Source: the human T2T-CHM13v2.0 reference genome, Homo sapiens. Taken from it: DNA of 64,000 nucleotides. The notes beneath the pieces are model-generated. The model saw only the letters and a list, made by a program, of their open reading frames with translations. It had not been told where the DNA came from and did no database searches. The position numbers and the translations under genes are program-made. The stretch is taken from assembly GCF_009914755.1 (NCBI RefSeq), contig NC_060946.1. The stretch is one strand, 5' to 3'. The stretch's first letter is position 1, and each line of letters opens with the position of its first letter. Positions 56,001 to 64,000 of this stretch are shown piece by piece.

Positions 56001-59000
56001 TTGAATGCAGACATCACAGAGCAGTTTCTGAGAATGCTTCTGTCTAGATTTTATAGGAAGATATTCCCGTTTCCAACGAAATCTTCACAGCTATCCAAAT
56101 ATCCACTTGCAGATTCTACAAAAGGAGTGTATCAAAACTGCTCTGTCAAAAGGAAGGTTCTTCTCTGTTAGGTGAGTGCATACGTCATAAAGGAGTTTCT
56201 GAGAATGTTTCTGTCTAGTGGTTATGGGAAGATATTTGCTTTTTCACCGTAGGCCTCAGAGCGCTCCAAATATCCGCTTGCACATACTACAAAAAGAGTG
56301 CTTCAAAGCTGCTCTCTGAAACGGAATGTTCAACTCTATGAGTTGAATGCAAACATCACAAAGACGTTTCTGAGAATGCTTCTGTCTAGATTTGATATGA
56401 AGATATTCCCGTTTCCAACGAAATCTTCAAATCTATCCAAATGTCCACTTGCAGATTCAACAAAAATTGTTTTTCAGAACTGCTCTATCAAAAGAAAGAT
56501 CCACGTGTGTTAGCTGAGTTCACACATCACAAACAAGTTTATGAGAATGCTTCTGTCTAGTTTTTATTTGAAGATATTTCCTTTCTCACCATAGACCTGA
56601 AAGCTGTCCTAATGTTCACTTCCAGATGCTACAGAAAGAGTGTTTCAAAACTGCTGTACGAAAGGGAATGTTCAACTCTGTGACTTGAATGCACACATCA
56701 CAAAGAAGTTTCTGAGGATGCTGCTGTCTACTTTTTATACGTAATCCCGTTTCCAACGAAATCCTCCAAGCTATCCAAATATCCACTTGCAGATTCCACA
56801 GAAAGACTGTTTCAAAACTGCTCTGTCAATAGAAAGGTTCAACTCTGTTAGCTGCGTGCATATATCCCAAAGAAGATTCTGAGATTGCTTCTGTCTAGTT
56901 TTTATGGGAAGATATTTCCCTTTTCACCGTAGGCGCCAAGGCGTTCCAAATGTCCACTTCCAGATACTACAAAAAGAGTGTTTCAAACCTACTCTGTGAA
57001 AGGGAATATTCAACTCTGTGACTTGAAGGCAGATATCACAAAGAAGTTTCTGAGAATGCTTCTGTCGAGATTTTATATGAAGATATTCCCGTTTCCAACG
57101 AAATCCTGAAATCTATCCAAATATCCCCTCGCAGATTCTACAAAAAGAGTGTTTCAAAAGTGCTCTGTAAAAAGAAAGGTTCAACTCTGTTAGTTGAGAA
57201 CACACATCACAAACATGTTTCACAGAATGCTTCTTTCTATCTTGTAGGGGAAGATATTCCCTTTATCACTATGGGCCTCAAACCGTCCGAAACGTCTACT
57301 TCCATATACTACAAAAAGAGCGTTTCAAACGTGCTCTATGAAAGGCAATGTTCAACTCTGTGACTTGAATGCAGACATCACAGAGCAGTTTCTGAGAATG
57401 CTTCTGTCTAGATTTTATAGGAAGATATTCCCGTTTCCAACGAAATCTTCACAGCTATCCAAATATGCACTTGCAGATTCTACAAAAAGAGTGTATCAAA
57501 ACTGCTCTGTCAAAAGGAAGGTTCTTCTGTTTTAGGTGAGTGCATAGGTCATAAAGTAGTTTCTGAGAATGTTTCTGTCTAGTGGTTATGGGAAGATATT
57601 TGCTTTTTCACCGTAGGCCTCAGAGCGCTCCAAATATCCACTTGCACATACTACAAAAAGAGTGTTTCAAAGCTGCTCTCTGAAAGGGAATGTTCAACTC
57701 TATGAGTTGAATGCAAACATGACAAAGACGTTTCTGAGAATGCTTCTGTCTAGATTTGATATGAAGATATTCCCGTTTCTAACGAAATCTTCAAATCTAT
57801 CCAAATGTCCACTTGCAGATTCAACAAAGTGTTTTTCAGAACTGCTCTATCAAAAGAAAGATCCACCTCTGTTAGCTGAGTTCACACTTCACAAACAAGT
57901 TTATCAGAATGCTTCTGTCTAGTTTTTATTTGAAGATATATCCTTTCTCACTATAGACCTGAAAGCTCTCCTAAAGTTCACTTCCAGATACTACAGAAAG
58001 AGTGTTTCGAAACTGCTGTATGAAAGGGAATGTTCAACTCTGTGACTTGAATGCACACATCACAAAGAAGTTTCTGAGGATGCTGCTGTCTACTTTTTAT
58101 ACGTAATCCCGTTTCCAACGAAATCCTCCAAGCTATCCAAATATCCACTTGCAGATTCCACAGAAAGACTGTTTCAAAACTGCTCTGTCAATAGAAAGGT
58201 TCAACTCTGTTAGCTGCGTGCATATATGCCAAAGAAGATTCTGAGATTGCTTCTGTCTAGTTTTTATGGGAAGATATTTCCCTTTTCACCGTAGGCGTCA
58301 AGGCGCTCCAAATGTCCACTTCCAGATACTACAAAAAGAGTGTTTCAAACCTACTCTGTGAAAGGGAATATTCAACTCTGTGACTTGAAGGCAGATATCA
58401 CAAAGAAGTTTCTGAGAATGCTTCTGTCGAGATTTTATATGAAGATATTCCCGTTTCCAACGAAATCCTGAAATCTATCCAAATATCCCCTCGCAGATTC
58501 TACAAAAAGAGTGTTTCAAAACTGCTCTGTAAAAAGAAAGGTTCAACTCTGTTAGTTGAGTACACACATCACAAACAAGTTTCACAGAATGCTTCTTTCT
58601 AGCTTGTAGGGGAAGATATTCCCTTTATCACCATGGGCCTCAAACCGTCCGAAACGTCCACTTCCATATACTACACAAAGAGCGTTTCAAACCTGCTCTA
58701 GGAAAGGCAATGTTCAACTCTGTGACTTGAATGCAGACATCACAGAGCAGTTTCTGAGAATGCTTCTGTCTAGATTTTATAGGAAGATATTCCCGTTTCC
58801 AACGAAATCTTCACAGCTATCCAAATATCCACTTGCAGATTCTACAAAAAGAGTGTATCAAAACTGCTCTGTCAAAAGGAAGGTTCTTCTCTGTTAGGTG
58901 AGTGCATACGTCATAAAGGAGTTTCTGAGAATGTTTCTGTCTAGTGGTTATGGGAAGATATTTGCTTTTTCACCGTAGGCCTCAGAGCGCTCCAAATATC

Positions 59001-62000
59001 CGCTTGCACATACTACAAAAAGAGTGCTTCAAAGCTGCTCTCTGAAACGGAATGTTCAACTCTATGAGTTGAATGCAAACATGACAAAGACGTTTCTGAG
59101 AATGCTTCTGTCTAGATTTGATATGAAGATATTCCCGTTTCCAACGAAATCTTCAAATCTATCCAAATGTCCACTTGCAGATTCAACAAAAATTGTTTTT
59201 CAGAACTGCTCTATCAAAAGAAAGATCCACGTGTGTTAGCTGAGTTCACACATCACAAACAAGTTTATGAGAATGCTTCTGTCTAGTTTTTATTTGAAGA
59301 TATTTCCTTTCTCACCATAGACCTGAAAGCTGTCCTAAAGTTCACTTCCAGATACTACAGAAAGAGTGTTTCAAAACTGCTGTACGAAAGGGAATGTTCA
59401 ACTCTGTGACTTGAATGCACACATCACAAGGATGTTTCTGAGGATGCTGCTGTCTACTTTTTATACGTAATCCCGTTTCCAACGAAATCCTCCAAGCTAT
59501 CCAAATATCCACCTGCAGATTCCACAGAAAGACTGTTTCAAAACTGCTCTGTCAATAGAAAGGTTCAACTCTATTAGCTGCGTACATATATCCCAAAGAA
59601 GATTCTGAGATTGCTTCTGTCTAGTTTTTATGGGAAGATATTTCCCTTTTCACCGTAGGTGTCAAGGCGCTCCAAATGTCCACTTCCAGATATTACAAAA
59701 AGAGTGTTTCAAACCTACTCTGTGAAAGGGAATATTCAACTCTGTGACTTAAAGGCAGATATCACAAAGAAGTTTCTGAGAATGCTTCTGTCGAGATTTT
59801 ATATGAAGATATTCCCCTTTCCAACGAAATCCTGAAATCTATCCAAATATCCCCTCGCAGATTCTACAAAAAGAGTGTTTCAAAACTGCTCTGTAAAAAG
59901 AAAGGTTCAACTCTGTTAGTTGAGTACACACATCACAAACAAGTTTCACAGAATGCTTCTTTCTAGCTTGTAGGGGAAGATATTCCCTTTATCACCATGG
60001 GTCTCAAACCGTCCGAAACGTCCACTTCCATATACTACAAAAAGAGTGTTTCAAACCTGCTCTATGAAAGGCAATGTTCAACTCTGTGACTTGAATGCAG
60101 ACATCACAGAGCAGTTTCTGAGAATGCTTCTGTCTAGATTTTATAGGAAGATATTCCCGTTTCCAACGAAGTCTTCACAGGTATCCAAATATCCACTTGC
60201 AGATTCTACAAAAAGAGTGTATCAAAACTGCTCTGTCAAAAGGAAGGTTCTTCTCTGTTAGGTGAGTGCATACGTCATAAAGGAGTTTCTGAGAATGTTT
60301 CTGTCTAGTGGTTATGGGAAGATATTTGCTTTTTCACCGTAGGCCTCAGAGCGCTCCAAATATCCACTTGCACATACTACAAAAAGAGTGCTTCAAACCT
60401 GCTCTCTGAAACGGAATGTTCAACTCTATGAGTTGAATGCAAACATCACAAAGACGTTTCTGAGAATGCTTCTGTCTAGATTTGATATGAAGATATTCCC
60501 GTTTCCAACGAAATCTTCAAATCTATCCAAATGTCCTCTTGCAGATTCAACAAAAAGTGTTTTTCAGAACTGCTCTATCAAAAGAAAGATCCACGTGTGT
60601 TAGCTGAGTTCACACATCACGAACAAGTTTATGAGAATGCTTCTGTCTAGTTTTTATTTGAAGATATTTCCTTTCTCACCATAGACCTGAAAGCTGTCCT
60701 AATGTTCACTTCCAGATACTACAGAAAGAGTGTTTCAAAACTGCTGTACGAAAGGGAATGTTCAACTCTGTGACTTGAATGCACACATCACAAAGAAGTT
60801 TCTGAGGATGCTGCTGTCTACTTTTTATACGTAATCCCGTTTCCAAAGAAATCCTCGAAGCTATCCAAATATCCACTTGCAGATTCCACAGAAAGACTGT
60901 TTCAAAACTGCTCTGTCAATAGAAAGGTTCAACTCTATTAGCTGCGTGCATATATCCCAAAGAAGATTCTGAGATTGCTTCTGTCTAGTTTTTATGGGAA
61001 GATATTTACCTTTTCACCGTAGGCGCCAAGGCGTTCCAAATGTCCACTTCCAGATACTACAAAAAGAGTGTTTCAAACCTACTCTGTGAAAGGGAATATT
61101 CAACTCTGTGACTTGAAGGCAGATATCACAAAGAAGTTTCTGAGAATGCTTCTGTCGAGATTTTATATGAAGATATTCCCGTTTCCAACGAAATCCTGAA
61201 ATCTATCCAAATATCCCCTCGCAGATTCTACAAAAAGAGTGTTTCAAAAGTGCTCTGTAAAAAGAAAGGTTCAACTCTGTTAGTTGAGAACACACATCAC
61301 AAACATGTTTCACAGAATGCTTCTTTCTATCTTGTAGGGGAAGATATTCCCTTTATCACTATGGGCCTCAAACCGTCCGAAACGTCTACTTCCATATACT
61401 ACAAAAAGAGCGTTTCAAACGTGCTCTATGAAAGGCAATGTTCAACTCTGTGACTTGAATGCAGACATCACAGAGCAGTTTCTGAGAATGCTTCTGTCTA
61501 GATTTTATAGGAAGATATTCCCGTTTCCAACGAAATCTTCACAGCTATCCAAATATGCACTTGCAGATTCTACAAAAAGAGTGTATCAAAACTGCTCTGT
61601 CAAAAGGAAGGTTCTTCTCTTTTAGGTGAGTGCATAGGTCATAAAGGAGTTTCTGAGAATGTTTCTGTCTAGTGGTTATGGGAAGATATTTGCTTTTTCA
61701 CCGTAGGCCTCAGAGCGCTCCAAATATCCACTTGCACATACTACAAAAAGAGTGTTTCAAAGCTGCTCTCTGAAAGGGAATGTTCAACTCTATGAGTTGA
61801 ATGCAAACATGACAAAGACGTTTCTGAGAATGCTTCTGTCTAGATTTGATATGAAGATATTCCCGTTTCTAACGAAATCTTCAAATCTATCCAAATGTCC
61901 ACTTGCAGATTCAACAAAGTGTTTTTCAGAACTGCTCTATCAAAAGAAAGATCCACCTCTGTTAGCTGAGTTCACACTTCACAATCAAGTTTATCAGAAT

Positions 62001-64000
62001 GCTTCTGTCTAGTTTTTATTTGAAGATATATCCTTTCTCACTATAGACCTGAAAGCTCTCCTAAAGTTCACTTCCAGATACTACAGAAAGAGTGTTTCGA
62101 AACTGCTGTATGAAAGGGAATGTTCAACTCTGTGACTTGAATGCACACATCACAAAGAAGTTTCTGAGGATGCTGCTGTCTACTTTTTATACGTAATCCC
62201 GTTTCCAACGAAATCCTCCAAGCTATCCAAATATCCACTTGCAGATTCCACAGAAAGACTGTTTCAAAACTGCTCTGTCAATAGAAAGGTTCAACTCTGT
62301 TAGCTGCGTGCATATATGCCAAAGAAGATTCTGAGATTGCTTCTGTCTAGTTTTTATGGGAAGATATTTCCCTTTTCACCGTAGGCGTCAAGGCGCTCCA
62401 AATGTCCACTTCCAGATACTACAAAAAGAGTGTTTCAAACCTACTCTGTGAAAGGGAATATTCAACTCTGTGACTTGAAGGCAGATATCACAAAGAAGTT
62501 TCTGAGAATGCTTCTGTCGAGATTTTATATGAAGATATTCCCGTTTCCAACGAAATCCTGAAATCTATCCAAATATCCCCTCGCAGATTCTACAAAAAGA
62601 GTGTTTCAAAACTGCTCTGTAAAAAGAAAGGTTCAACTCTGTTAGTTGAGTACACACATCACAAACAAGTTTCACAGAATGCTTCTTTCTAGCTTGTAGG
62701 GGAAGATATTCCCTTTATCACCATGGGCCTCAAACCGTCCGAAACGTCCACTTCCATATACTACAAAAAGAGTGTTTCAAACCTGCTCTATGAAAGGCAA
62801 TGTTCAACTCTGTGACTTGAATGCAGACATCACAGAGCAGTTTCTGAGAATGCTTCTGTCTAGATTTTATAGGAAGATATTCCCGTTTCCAACGAAATCT
62901 TCACAGCTATCCAAATATCCACTTGCAGATTCTACAAAAAGAGTGTATCAAAACTGCTCTGTCAAAAGGAAGGTTCTTCTCTGTTAGGTGAGTGTATACG
63001 TCATAAAGGAGTTTCTGAGAATGTTTCTGTCTAGTGGTTATGGGAAGATATTTGCTTTTTCACCGTAGGCGTCAGAGCTCTCCAAATATCCACTTGCACA
63101 TACTACAAAAACAGTGCTTCAAAGCTGCTCTCTGAAACGGAATGTTCAACTCTATGAGTTGAATGCAAACATCACAAAGACGTTTCTGAGAATGCTTCTG
63201 TCTAGATTTGATATGAAGATATTCCCGTTTCCAACGAAATCTTCAAATCTATCCAAATGTCCACTTGCAGATTCAACAAAAAGTGTTTTTCAGAACTGCT
63301 CTATCAAAAGAAAGATCCACCTCTGTTAGCTGAGTTCACACATCACAAACAAGTTTATGAGAATGCTTCTGTCTAGTTTTTATTTGAAGATATATCCTTT
63401 CTCACTATAGACCTGAAAGCTCTCCTAAAGTTCACTTCCAGATACTACAGAAAGAGTGTTTCAAAACTGCTGTACGAAAGGGAATATTCAACTCTGTGAC
63501 TTGAATGCACGCATCACAAGGAAGTTTCTGAGGATGCTGCTGTCTACTTTTTATACGTAATCCCGTTTCCAACGTAATCCTCCAGGCTATCCAAATATCC
63601 ACTTGCAGATTCCACAGAAAGACTGTTTCAAATCTGCTCTGTCAATAGAAAAGTTCAACTTTATTAGCTGCGTGCATATATCCCAAAGAAGATTCTGAGA
63701 TTGCTTCTGTCTAGTTTTTATGGGAAGATATTTCCCTTTTCACCGTAGGCGTCAAGGCGCTCCAAATGTCCACTTCCAGATACTACAAAAAGAGTGTTTC
63801 AAACCTACTCTGTGAAAGGGAATATTCAACTCTGTGACTTAAAGGCAGATATCACAAAGAAGTTTCTGAGAATGCTTCTGTCGAGATTTTATATGAAGAT
63901 ATTCCCGTTTCCAACGAAATCCTGAAATCTATCCAAATATCCCCTCGCAGATTCTACAAAAAGAGTGTTTCAAAACTGCTCTGTAAAAAGAAAGGTTCAA

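Larger units (their letters stand above)
1..64000 (-). repeat. Centromeric alpha-satellite higher-order repeat array (8-mer HOR, ~1.36 kb, ~47 copies, head-to-tail)
   Basis: ~171 bp periodicity of alphoid motifs (gttcaactctgtga, gagaatgcttctgtctag, gagtgtttcaaa). The marker ctctatgaaaggcaatg recurs with its atg at 254, 1618, 2980, 4342 ... 62790, at 1362/1364 bp spacing (exceptions 1026, 1535, 1363). The reverse-complement CENP-B box tcccgtttccaacgaa occurs about every 340 bp. Strand is given by CENP-B box orientation. Confidence 0.99.

Noticed and set aside
254-63329. Repeated 60-86 aa ORFs (MKGNVQLCDL..., MFQSCSLK..., MLCKKKG..., MDIWIAW...)
   Set aside because: They are chance open frames of alpha-satellite that recur with the HOR period. 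They are created or destroyed by random SNVs and the 2 bp indel, many start with GTG, and none resembles a known protein.
1-64000. CRISPR-like array or other prokaryotic repeat system
   Set aside because: There are no unique spacers; the entire sequence is tandemly repeated alphoid DNA with CENP-B boxes, and there are no cas-like or other genes.
1-64000. Transposon (L1/Alu) insertion, inversion or unique-sequence island
   Set aside because: Marker spacing accounts for all of the sequence (1362/1363/1364, one 1026, one 1535), orientation never switches, and I saw no poly(A) tail or foreign sequence.
1-64000. Assignment to a true 16-mer HOR (chr20-type) or the 11-mer of chr13/21
   Set aside because: The basic period is 8 monomers with highly similar neighbours, and 2-HOR periodicity is only local. 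The chromosome assignment still needs an HMM or alignment check, and chr14 versus chr22 cannot be resolved by eye.
1-64000. Claim that this window is the kinetochore (CENP-A / methylation dip) site
   Set aside because: That is an epigenetic property that cannot be read from sequence; homogeneity and CENP-B boxes only indicate an active-type array.

Overview
The whole 64 kb window is one uninterrupted, single-orientation array of primate (human-type) centromeric alpha-satellite DNA. It consists of ~171 bp monomers in an alternating A/B dimer pattern, organised as an 8-monomer higher-order repeat (HOR) of 1364 or 1362 bp, with about 47 copies. CENP-B boxes read on the minus strand in every second monomer (4 sites per HOR). 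This fits a suprachromosomal family 2 HOR, most probably the chr14/chr22 8-mer (D14Z9/D22Z1, S2C14/22H1L); that assignment is from recall and was not searched. I found no genes, RNA genes, transposons, CRISPR arrays or inversions, and all listed ORFs are repeat artefacts. I do not see a new biological system here. The informative signal is the array's internal history: a 6-mer deletion variant, a 9-mer with an out-of-phase monomer duplication, tandem block duplications of 2, 3 and 4 HORs, dispersed block copies, recombinant HORs, and a patchy map of intact versus broken CENP-B boxes. All comparisons were made by eye, so block boundaries are approximate.
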